In this document: positions 1 to 8,169 of the stretch, piece by piece
Position numbering within the stretch: position 1 is the first letter of the stretch
How the letters are laid out: each line of letters starts with the position of its first letter
Origin: Bdellovibrionales bacterium
GTDB taxonomy: Bacteria > Bdellovibrionota > Bdellovibrionia > Bdellovibrionales > UBA1609
DNA: 56,529 nucleotides
NCBI GenBank assembly: GCA_020435005.1
Contig: JAGRAE010000002.1
Location: 1 to 56,529 of the forward strand
Reading direction: 5' to 3'
Notes under the pieces: model-generated
Seen by the model: the letters and a program-made list of their open reading frames with translations, nothing else
Told to the model about the DNA's origin: nothing
Database searches by the model: none
Position numbers and translations under genes: made by a program

Positions 1-733
1 GAAACTTTAACTGTTCCAATTGATCTTCAACAAAAAACTTAAACAAATTTTTATTTTTAGCTTTATCTTTATATATACTTTCATAGTCATAAAGTGCTTG
101 TTGTAAATCCAATTGAAGTGATATGGCCGGAGCTCCCAAATAATCTTTTATTTTTGAGTCTTGATGCTGTTTAAAAAGTAAAATTGATTTATAAAAGGGA
201 ATTTCTTTGGGTGCAATAGTGACCAATAGATGATTGACGCCAAAATAATAGGTACAATAATCATACATAAATTTTAGTAGTGGAAAAAATACTTCTCCAC
301 CTCTTTTCCGACGAAATTCTTTATCTATAGTTAATGAAGTAATTTCAGCTAAGCGATTTGAGTGAATTCTTAAAGGTTTGTAATTAAATATAGATTCTGA
401 AGGAAGCCCTAAGCGATTGTCTCTAACTATTGTCAGTGTACCTATAATTTTACCATTGTATTTTGCGATTAAAGTCGTGGTAGTTGGTAACGCATGGTAA
501 ATGGTTGCTCTCATCTTGTGTGGATTTTTAGCACAATAACCCATTTGCAAATAATTTTCATAAACTAGACGAAAGGACTCTTCTAATTCTTGGTGGTTTT
601 CAGCAATTTTAACACACAATTTTTTACTAAATTGAGATGGAATATTAATTTTAGCTCGCCATATTTCATTCTGAGTTTTTTGTGGCAGATAAGTTAGTGC
701 TTTGTAAAAATTTTTCTTCAATTGATGTTTCAT
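1..733 (-). CDS. FeeM-like N-acyl amino acid synthase / autoinducer-synthase-like GNAT acyltransferase (C-terminus cut by window edge)
   Basis: My own minus-strand translation from the ATG (rc of 731-733) is open to position 1 with no in-frame stop: MKHQLKKNFYKALTYLPQKTQNEIWRAKINIPSQFSKKLCVKIAENHQELEESFRLVYENYLQMGYCAKNPHKMRATIYHALPTTTTLIAKYNGKIIGTLTIVRDNRLGLPSESIFNYKPLRIHSNRLAEITSLTIDKEFRRKRGGEVFFPLLKFMYDYC... It is missing from the ORF track only because there is no stop in the window. The motif layout matches my memory of FeeM/LuxI-like N-acyltransferases. Not database-verified. Confidence 0.5.
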   Translation of the reverse strand, partial: MKHQLKKNFYKALTYLPQKTQNEIWRAKINIPSQFSKKLCVKIAENHQELEESFRLVYENYLQMGYCAKNPHKMRATIYHALPTTTTLIAKYNGKIIGTLTIVRDNRLGLPSESIFNYKPLRIHSNRLAEITSLTIDKEFRRKRGGEVFFPLLKFMYDYCTYYFGVNHLLVTIAPKEIPFYKSILLFKQHQDSKIKDYLGAPAISLQLDLQQALYDYESIYKDKAKNKNLFKFFVEDQLEQLKF

Positions 734-765
734 CTAAAAAATTTGTCGTCAATTTCACCTTAATA

Positions 766-793
766 CTTAAGTTAGTTCAAAAAACGACGATAA
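766..793 (+). promoter_or_regulatory. Promoter-like bipartite motif CTTAAGT-N13-GACGATAA (sigma-28-type -10) upstream of the thiF-like gene
   Basis: The -10 half matches the FliA consensus GCCGATAA at 7/8 positions. It ends 6 nt before the ATG at 800, and there is no SD between them, which would imply a leaderless or very short leader. Same architecture as the sites at 37824, 49891 and 30429. Confidence 0.25.
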
Positions 794-799
794 AAAAAT

Positions 800-1627
800 A
801 TGACAAATTTATATGAACATCTAGTTTTAAGAAATCAAGGCTATATTTCAAAGGCTTTACAAGAAAGAATTAGTAACACAAAAGTCCTGGTTGTGGGCTG
901 TGGGATCGGCAGTCAAGTTGCCGAAGCTGCTGCACGAATTGGTTTTCAAAATTTTGTTCTTGTTGATGGCGACACCATAGATAGCCATAACCTCAATCGA
1001 CAATCTTTTTTCTTTGATCAAATCGGTAAATATAAAGTAGACGCATTAAAAGAAAATATCTTGCGCATCAATCCTGAAGCAAAAGTTGATGCACATCCAA
1101 CACTTGTGAGCACTGAAAATGTAAAAAGCTTTATGGAGTCTATTGATTTAGTGTTTGATACAGTTGATTTTTTAGACTTAAGCGGAATCATTGCCGTTCA
1201 CGATGAAGCTCATTTACAAAAAAAATATTTAGTTAGTTCATTTGCGGTTGGTTTTGGGGCTGCAGTTATAAGTTTGCCACCTACAAACAGAGATCATGCC
1301 TGGGCTAGAGACATTTTTAATTTACCTGCAAAAGGAAATGTGGATTCTAGTTCATATGTTACTCATTTTATTGATTTGTTTTCTAAACTTGCCACAGAAC
1401 TGGATCCAAAAGTGGTTGAAGTAATGCAAGGTGTTTTTGCTCAATTAGCTGATGGTAAAGCCTGCCCCGCTCCCCAAGTTTCACCGGGAGCATATACTGT
1501 AGCCAGTGCTTGCCTTACTGCGGCTGTTAAAATGTTAGATAATGAAAATCTAACTTTAGGCCCCGAAATGGTTGTAGTAAATCTTGTTAAGCAACTTACA
1601 AGCCCAGGAATAAAACTAGTTGCTTAA
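800..1627 (+). CDS. ThiF/MoeB/HesA-family E1-like adenylyltransferase
   Basis: Rossmann nucleotide loop VLVVGCGIGSQVAEAAARIGF followed by VLVDGDTIDSHNLNRQ, typical of ThiF-family enzymes. No rhodanese domain or CxxC zinc motifs seen. 275 aa. Confidence 0.8.
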   Translation: MTNLYEHLVLRNQGYISKALQERISNTKVLVVGCGIGSQVAEAAARIGFQNFVLVDGDTIDSHNLNRQSFFFDQIGKYKVDALKENILRINPEAKVDAHPTLVSTENVKSFMESIDLVFDTVDFLDLSGIIAVHDEAHLQKKYLVSSFAVGFGAAVISLPPTNRDHAWARDIFNLPAKGNVDSSSYVTHFIDLFSKLATELDPKVVEVMQGVFAQLADGKACPAPQVSPGAYTVASACLTAAVKMLDNENLTLGPEMVVVNLVKQLTSPGIKLVA

Positions 1628-1730
1628 TATTTAATGCTCTCCTTAACGCAGCACAAGATAACTGTTGTCTTTTCCTTATGTTATTCCCATGATAAAAAGC
1701 TTTATTGCATTTATATAGATAAGGTTAGGT

Positions 1731-3029
1731 ATGACAACAAAACGTATTTATGTGGAAGACCTTAAAAACCACATCGGTGAAAAGGTCGAGTTAAAAGGGT
1801 GGGTCTACAACAAACGTGGCTCCAAAAAAATTAAATTTTTAATCTTTAGAGACGGCACGGGTTTACTCCAATGTGTTTACTTTAAGGGCGAGTGCGAAGA
1901 AGAATCTTTTAATCTCTTTGATGAGCTTAACCAAGAATCTACGGTGAAAGTCATTGGTACAGTGAAGGAAGAGCCGCGCAGCCCCGGAGGTGTGGAGTTG
2001 TCCGCTGAAAAGCTGGAAATTATCTCCTCAACCGTGGATTACCCCATCACACCTAAAGAGCATGGCACTGATTTTTTAATGGGAAATCGCCATTTGTGGC
2101 TACGTTCGAAAATGCAGCACGCAGCTTTGAGAGTAAGAGCTGAGTTGGCAGCAGCCATTCGCGATTTTTTTGATGGTCGCGGATTTACCCTAACTGACGC
2201 ACCTATTTTTACTCCTAGTGCCTGTGAGGGAACTTCTACATTATTTGAAACAAAATATTTTGATGAAAAAGCTTATTTATCACAAAGTGGGCAACTTTAT
2301 ATGGAGGCTACAGCTGCGGCCTTCGGCAAAGTTTATTGTTTTGGACCCACTTTTCGCGCCGAAAAATCTAAAACTCGCCGTCATTTAATTGAGTTTTGGA
2401 TGGTTGAGCCTGAGGTGGCTTTTAATGACCTTTACGACAACATGGAATTAGCAGAAGAGTTTGTTGAATACATAATTCAAAGAACTCTCAAAAACCGCAG
2501 TGAAGAGTTAAAAACTCTCGAGCGAGATACATCAAAGTTAGAAATCATCAAAGCGCCTTTCCCACGTCTTCACTACCGCGATGCTGTTGAGATTATAAAA
2601 AAGGAAAATCCTGAGTTTATCGACGGTAATGATTTTGGTGGTGGTGATGAAACTATCATTAGTTCAAAATTTGAAAAGCCTGTATTTGTTCACCACTTTC
2701 CTACAGCAATCAAAGCTTTCTACATGAAGCAAGACGAGAAAGAACCTGAATATAGCATGAGCTGTGATTTACTAGCGACAGAAGGCTATGGCGAAATAAT
2801 TGGTGGCGGCCAACGTGAAGAAAGTATTGATCTGTTGGAACAAAGAATTGCCGAGCACAATTTAAGTAAAGCCGATTTTGAATGGTATTTAGATATTCGC
2901 CGCTACGGCACCTTCCCCCACTCAGGATTTGGTTTAGGTTTAGAGCGAACTGTAGCCTGGGTTTGCGGTCTTAAACACGTAAGGGAAACTATTCCCTTTC
3001 CAAGACTTTACGGTCGAAATTACCCCTAA
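1731..3029 (+). CDS. asnS: Asparagine--tRNA ligase
   Basis: Class IIb aaRS layout: N-terminal OB fold, motif 2 [21 protein letters not shown], motif 3 [15 protein letters not shown]. The 432 aa length fits short-form AsnRS. Confidence 0.9.
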   Translation: MTTKRIYVEDLKNHIGEKVELKGWVYNKRGSKKIKFLIFRDGTGLLQCVYFKGECEEESFNLFDELNQESTVKVIGTVKEEPRSPGGVELSAEKLEIISSTVDYPITPKEHGTDFLMGNRHLWLRSKMQHAALRVRAELAAAIRDFFDGRGFTLTDAPIFTPSACEGTSTLFETKYFDEKAYLSQSGQLYMEATAAAFGKVYCFGPTFRAEKSKTRRHLIEFWMVEPEVAFNDLYDNMELAEEFVEYIIQRTLKNRSEELKTLERDTSKLEIIKAPFPRLHYRDAVEIIKKENPEFIDGNDFGGGDETIISSKFEKPVFVHHFPTAIKAFYMKQDEKEPEYSMSCDLLATEGYGEIIGGGQREESIDLLEQRIAEHNLSKADFEWYLDIRRYGTFPHSGFGLGLERTVAWVCGLKHVRETIPFPRLYGRNYP

Positions 3030-3041
3030 GGGAGCAACTGC

Positions 3042-4595
3042 ATGGAACATATTGAACAGAAACTTCAAGACCTTGACACTCGCAATGAACTCGCCTTTGC
3101 CGGCGGTGGAGAGGATCGCGTAAAAAAACATAAAGGTGAAAAACGTTTAACCGCTCGTGAAAGACTAGATGTACTTCTCGACCCTGGTAGTTTTGTCGAG
3201 CTCGATCGATTTGTAACTCATCGCTGTGATAATTTTGGGATGGGACAAACTAAAATCCCTGGAGATGGTGTCATCACTGGCTACGGTCGAATTAATGGCA
3301 AAACTGTTTATGTCTACTCCCAAGACTTTACGGTTTTTGGCGGCAGTATGTCGCGCACCCAGGCCAATAAAATTTTAAAAATCCAAGATTTAGCTCTCAA
3401 AAATGGCCGACCAATAATTGGTCTAAATGATTCTGGTGGAGCGCGCATTCAAGAGGGTGTAGAAGCTCTTGGAGGATATGCAGATATCTTTTTACAAAAC
3501 ACTATAGCATCGGGTGTAGTACCACAAATCTCAGCCATAATGGGACCTTGTGCTGGCGGAGCGGTTTACTCGCCATCACTTACTGATTTTATCTTTATGG
3601 TCAAAGACACCTCTTACATGTTTGTCACTGGTCCCGACGTGATCAAGTCTGTTACTCATGAAGAAGTAACAAAAGAAGAATTGGGGGGAGCCAACACTCA
3701 CAACCAAAAATCGGGCGTGGCCCACTTTGCTGCTGATGACGATAAACACTGCTTACTTTTAATACGTGAGCTTTTAAACTTCCTTCCCGCTAATAATATC
3801 GACGACCCGCCGGTGTTACCTACAGATGATCCTCCAGATAGAATAGAAGAATCTCTAAACTATATAATTCCAGATAGCTCTAAAAAACCTTACGACATTA
3901 AAGAAATTATCCAGAAAACTGTCGATGAAGGATACTTTTTAGAAATTCAACAGCATTATGCGCAAAATATTGTTATTGGTTTTGCACGGTTTAACGGAAG
4001 AAGTGTTGGTATTGTTGCCAATCAACCTCAATTCTTAGCCGGTTGTTTAAATATTGAAGCCAGCATAAAAGCGGCTCGCTTTGTGCGTTTTTGTGATGCT
4101 TTTAATATACCACTAGTCACTTTCGTTGATGTACCAGGATTTTTACCCGGCACCGATCAAGAATGGAATGGCATCATCACTCACGGAGCTAAATTACTTT
4201 ACGCCTATTGTGAAGCTACTGTTCCCAAAATTACAATCGTCACACGCAAAGCCTACGGTGGGGCGTATGACGTGATGTCTTCTAAACATATTCGCGGTGA
4301 CATTAACCTTGCTTATCCAACAGCAGAAATTGCAGTGATGGGTGCTGAGGGCGCAGTTAACATTATTTTTAGAAAAGAAATTAACGATGCCGAAGATAAG
4401 GATGCTGAAAGACAACGTCTTATTAATGATTATGAAACACGCTTTAATAATCCCTATGTCGCAGCTGAATTGGGTTATATTGATGAGGTTATCGAGCCGG
4501 CAATGACTAGAAAAAGAATTATTGATTCACTTGAAATGTTAAAAAACAAAAAAGATAAAAACCCGCCGAAAAAACACGGCAACATTCCACTTTAA
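3042..4595 (+). CDS. Acyl-CoA (propionyl/methylmalonyl-CoA type) carboxyltransferase subunit
   Basis: Carboxyltransferase motifs [23 protein letters not shown] and [28 protein letters not shown]. 517 aa fits PccB / 12S transcarboxylase size. SD AAGGGAG lies upstream, 12 nt after the asnS stop. Confidence 0.88.
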   Translation: MEHIEQKLQDLDTRNELAFAGGGEDRVKKHKGEKRLTARERLDVLLDPGSFVELDRFVTHRCDNFGMGQTKIPGDGVITGYGRINGKTVYVYSQDFTVFGGSMSRTQANKILKIQDLALKNGRPIIGLNDSGGARIQEGVEALGGYADIFLQNTIASGVVPQISAIMGPCAGGAVYSPSLTDFIFMVKDTSYMFVTGPDVIKSVTHEEVTKEELGGANTHNQKSGVAHFAADDDKHCLLLIRELLNFLPANNIDDPPVLPTDDPPDRIEESLNYIIPDSSKKPYDIKEIIQKTVDEGYFLEIQQHYAQNIVIGFARFNGRSVGIVANQPQFLAGCLNIEASIKAARFVRFCDAFNIPLVTFVDVPGFLPGTDQEWNGIITHGAKLLYAYCEATVPKITIVTRKAYGGAYDVMSSKHIRGDINLAYPTAEIAVMGAEGAVNIIFRKEINDAEDKDAERQRLINDYETRFNNPYVAAELGYIDEVIEPAMTRKRIIDSLEMLKNKKDKNPPKKHGNIPL

Positions 4596-4608
4596 GGAGA
4601 GATGGCGA

Positions 4609-6108
4609 ATGTTTAAAAAAATATTAATTGCTAATCGTGGGGAAATCGCCTTAAGAGTGATTAGAACTTGTCGAGCCATGGGCATTGATACGGTGGCCGT
4701 GTACTCTGAGGCTGATCGCAATAGCTTACATGTGCAATTAGCGGATGAAGCCTATTACATTGGACCACCGCCATCAGTACAGTCCTATCTCAATATTGAA
4801 AACTTGATTGAAGCGGCAAAAAAAGCAAACGCTGATGCTGTTCACCCTGGTTATGGTTTTTTAAGTGAAAAGGTTGAATTTGCCACAGCTCTTAAAGAAG
4901 CAGGAATTAAATTTATTGGACCTACTCCTGAAAATATAGAATCCATGGGAGACAAATTAGCCTCTCGTGAATTAATGAAAGCGGCCGGCGTGCCCACTGT
5001 TCCGGGGACAGAGGGTTCTGTCAGCTCCGTTGAAGAAGCAGAAGAAGCAGCTAAAGAAATTGGCTATCCTGTAATTATAAAAGCCTCCGCTGGTGGAGGT
5101 GGTAAGGGTATTCGAGTCGTAACAGATCCAAAAGAACTTGCCAGTTCTTTTCGAGCTTGTCAGTCAGAGGGCAAAAACTATTTTAAAGACGACCGAGTTT
5201 TTATTGAAAGGTTCATACAAAATCCTAAACACATTGAGGTTCAAGTTTTCGGTGATACCCATGGCAATGTTGTTCACCTTTTTGAACGCGAGTGTTCTGT
5301 CCAAAGACGTCACCAAAAGTTAATTGAAGAAAGCCCCAGTATTTCCGTTCCCGAAGAAGTGCGCAACAAAATGGGCGAAGTTGCTGTGGCCGCGGCTAAA
5401 GCTATTAACTATGAAGGCGCGGGAACCATTGAATTTATTTTTGATAACAATACAAAAGAATTTTTCTTTATGGAAATGAATACTCGTCTGCAAGTGGAGC
5501 ATCCGGTTACAGAAATGGTGACGGGATATGATTTAGTGGCAGAGCAAATTCGCGTGGCTGCAGGAGAGCCTCTTTCATTTAAACAAGAAGAAATTCAACA
5601 GAAAGGTCACGCCATAGAGTTGAGGATCTGCGCCGAAGATCCATCCACCTTTGCACCAGCTCCTGGAAAAATTCGCATTTGTCGTCATCCTCAAGGGCCC
5701 TTTATTAGATGTGATAGTTATGCCTACCCTGGATATGAGGTTCCCATCCATTACGACCCGATGATTACTAAATTAATTTGTTGGGGTGCTACCCGCGAAG
5801 AGTGCATTGACCGCATTAAACGCGCCTTAGCGGAGTTTATGTTAACAGGTATTAAAACAAACATCGTTTTACATAAAAACATAATACGCCACCCAGCCTT
5901 TATTGACGGTTCTTACACTACTCAATTTGTTGATAAAGAGTTCACTGGAAAAAAACATCGCGAACTTTTTATGTTTATCGATGAAAATGTATTTTTAATT
6001 GCTGGAGCTATTGAAGCCTATAAGAAACAAAGCTCTAAAGATTTTTCTAAACTCAGCCTAGCCAGTCGCTGGAAAGACTCTGGTCGAGCACAACAACTCA
6101 GAGGATAA
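4609..6108 (+). CDS. Biotin carboxylase subunit of acyl-CoA carboxylase (AccC-like, no fused BCCP)
   Basis: N-terminus KILIANRGEIALRVIRTC, ATP-grasp loop GGGGKGIR, EMNTRLQVEHPVTE. SD AAGGAGAG upstream. Confidence 0.92.
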   Translation: MFKKILIANRGEIALRVIRTCRAMGIDTVAVYSEADRNSLHVQLADEAYYIGPPPSVQSYLNIENLIEAAKKANADAVHPGYGFLSEKVEFATALKEAGIKFIGPTPENIESMGDKLASRELMKAAGVPTVPGTEGSVSSVEEAEEAAKEIGYPVIIKASAGGGGKGIRVVTDPKELASSFRACQSEGKNYFKDDRVFIERFIQNPKHIEVQVFGDTHGNVVHLFERECSVQRRHQKLIEESPSISVPEEVRNKMGEVAVAAAKAINYEGAGTIEFIFDNNTKEFFFMEMNTRLQVEHPVTEMVTGYDLVAEQIRVAAGEPLSFKQEEIQQKGHAIELRICAEDPSTFAPAPGKIRICRHPQGPFIRCDSYAYPGYEVPIHYDPMITKLICWGATREECIDRIKRALAEFMLTGIKTNIVLHKNIIRHPAFIDGSYTTQFVDKEFTGKKHRELFMFIDENVFLIAGAIEAYKKQSSKDFSKLSLASRWKDSGRAQQLRG

Positions 6109-6120
6109 TGGGAATATTTT

Positions 6121-6642
6121 ATGCATTTTGAAGCCAAATCAAATGGAGTAAATTACGAAATCAATGTTCGTGAAGAACGCAAGAACTGGATAGTTTCTAT
6201 TAAACCAGAGCAGGGGGAATGGGAAAGACATGTTATTCCCAAAGAAGACTACCAAGTTTTTGATAATGCCATTACTTTCATTTACAAACAAACTTCTTAC
6301 TTAGTCGATGTTCTCAGCAAAGGTATTAACTATGAAGTTTACACTCGTGGTTCTTATCGCACATTAGAGTTGTTCAATGACGAAATGCTATTGCACGAAA
6401 GTTTAAAAGGCAGAAAGGGTCTCGGCGGAGGCAATACTTTAGGTTCTGGCATGCCAGGAAAAATCGTGAAAGTGATGGTTAAAGAGGGCGACGAGGTCAA
6501 AGAAGGTGATCCCATTTTAATTATGGAAGCCATGAAAATGGAAAATGAAATGCGCGCCAGCCGCGATGCTAAAATCAAGAAAATACACGTAAAGCCCGGT
6601 GACAGCGTTGAAGGTGGCGCAACGCTTGTTACCTATGAATGA
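6121..6642 (+). CDS. Biotin carboxyl carrier protein with ~100-aa N-terminal extension
   Basis: C-terminal biotinyl/lipoyl-type domain with the biotinylation motif EAMKMENE. The N-terminal ~100 aa carry no motif I recognise. Confidence 0.85.
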   Translation: MHFEAKSNGVNYEINVREERKNWIVSIKPEQGEWERHVIPKEDYQVFDNAITFIYKQTSYLVDVLSKGINYEVYTRGSYRTLELFNDEMLLHESLKGRKGLGGGNTLGSGMPGKIVKVMVKEGDEVKEGDPILIMEAMKMENEMRASRDAKIKKIHVKPGDSVEGGATLVTYE

Positions 6643-6650
6643 AGATTAAC

Positions 6651-7064
6651 TCATTTATAAGTGTTTAGAATTTCCTCGGAATATTTCATAAATTCTTGTA
6701 GGTGATGTTTTACAATGTGCTTTAAAATTTCTAAATTTATTTCTGTGTACTCGTGAACCGCTATGTTTCTAAAGCCAGCCATTTTTGCCATGGCTTCAGC
6801 TGAGCTTTTAGAAATGATTTTATCTTTTTCTAGAATTTGAAATGCTGCTCTATAAGAATTTGGCAGAGATAATTTTTTATAAGCAATCGTAGTTTGAGCC
6901 ATATCGATAGCAGCCTGGCAAGCTCTCTGCAAATTTAAAACCACAATATTTTCAACTGCGAATTCATTTAGATTGCTGACCTCATCATTCACTGTAGACT
7001 TTATTGCCTTAATGCAATTTTTAATAATATTAATCTTTGATAGAACTACATCTTTCTCTAACAT
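6651..7064 (-). CDS. hepT: HepT-like (DUF86) RNase toxin
   Basis: 137 aa with the Rx4HxY signature (FRNIAVHEY). It lies 3 nt downstream of a minimal nucleotidyltransferase gene, the canonical MntA-HepT order. Confidence 0.8.
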   Translation of the reverse strand: MLEKDVVLSKINIIKNCIKAIKSTVNDEVSNLNEFAVENIVVLNLQRACQAAIDMAQTTIAYKKLSLPNSYRAAFQILEKDKIISKSSAEAMAKMAGFRNIAVHEYTEINLEILKHIVKHHLQEFMKYSEEILNTYK

Positions 7065-7067
7065 ACT

Positions 7068-7460
7068 TTAATTTTCCAAGATCTTATCTTCAATTATTTT
7101 ACGAGATCGTTTAAAGTCAATATATTCACTCATTTTCTTAGCTCTATAATTAATCAAATATAATTTATCGTTGTTTATTAAAAGCTCACCATTTGTTAAT
7201 ATTTGTGAAATAATGATAATATCAGCTTTATTCATTAAAATAAGATCAATATTTCTATCTGTATTCAGATAGTTTGAAAGATCAGAGTAGAGTTCAAATG
7301 AATCTACTTCTTCTTCCATATACGCGGCAATATCAATATCGCTTTGATCATTAAATCTTTCTGTAGATACCAATGAGCCCAGTACAAAAACGAATTTGCA
7401 TTTCCTACTTTTGAAAAACTCAACTATATTTTTTTTTATATTTTCAACTTCATTATTCAT
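7068..7460 (-). CDS. mntA: MntA-like minimal nucleotidyltransferase antitoxin
   Basis: 130 aa with GS-x10-DxD (GSLVSTERFNDQSDIDIA), typical of the MNT partner of HepT. Confidence 0.8.
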   Translation of the reverse strand: MNNEVENIKKNIVEFFKSRKCKFVFVLGSLVSTERFNDQSDIDIAAYMEEEVDSFELYSDLSNYLNTDRNIDLILMNKADIIIISQILTNGELLINNDKLYLINYRAKKMSEYIDFKRSRKIIEDKILEN

Positions 7461-7596
7461 TTAACTTTATATTATTATTTCTAATTCTAAAAATCTATTA
7501 CTTTCCATGTTATTTTAGTGATCAACTGCTCTTTATAGGCATTGCATTTTTAAATCTTAAATTGTAGGTTAAAAACGACTTCTTGGGGAGGGAGTA

Positions 7597-8145
7597 ATGA
7601 AGCATATTATGTTTTTAATATGTATGGTGTCGATTTATAATGCTCAAGCATTTGAACTCAGCGGGAAATGGGTCAGTCCATCGGGGCAAGTTATTAATAT
7701 TTACCCAACAAATGATGAATACATTGCCTATAATATTGTAGAGTATACGGACCAAAACCACCGCTTAACTGGAGATGTAATTCACTACTATTGGCTGTTT
7801 AACAAAAGCGACAAACAACATGAATTTACTGGAACACTCAATACGGTAGACACCTACTGGCAGTGCGAGTTGGAGAATGGAGAATTTAAAGTTCAAGTTC
7901 TAAATCAAGATAAAATTTTAGTGCTTTACCCAAGCATTACCTTTGCCAGAGAGGATCGCTATAGAAGTAAATGGCAAAAAAAGCGTGTTCCTATTTATTG
8001 CAACTATAATTCTAGATGGGAATCATTTGATTACATCTGTGGCTGGCACTGGGAACGAGTGAAAGTACAAGAGAGTTACTTGGGCTCAACATGCAATATT
8101 AAATCTAGAAACACAACACCTATTGAGTTGGATCGATTGAAGTAA
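7597..8145 (+). CDS. Secreted Cys-containing hypothetical protein
   Basis: Signal peptide MKHIMFLICMVSIYNAQA. Strong SD GGGGAGGGAG upstream. No family recognised. Confidence 0.5.
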   Translation: MKHIMFLICMVSIYNAQAFELSGKWVSPSGQVINIYPTNDEYIAYNIVEYTDQNHRLTGDVIHYYWLFNKSDKQHEFTGTLNTVDTYWQCELENGEFKVQVLNQDKILVLYPSITFAREDRYRSKWQKKRVPIYCNYNSRWESFDYICGWHWERVKVQESYLGSTCNIKSRNTTPIELDRLK

Positions 8146-8169
8146 GAAAATGTTCTTTTCAATTTAAAT

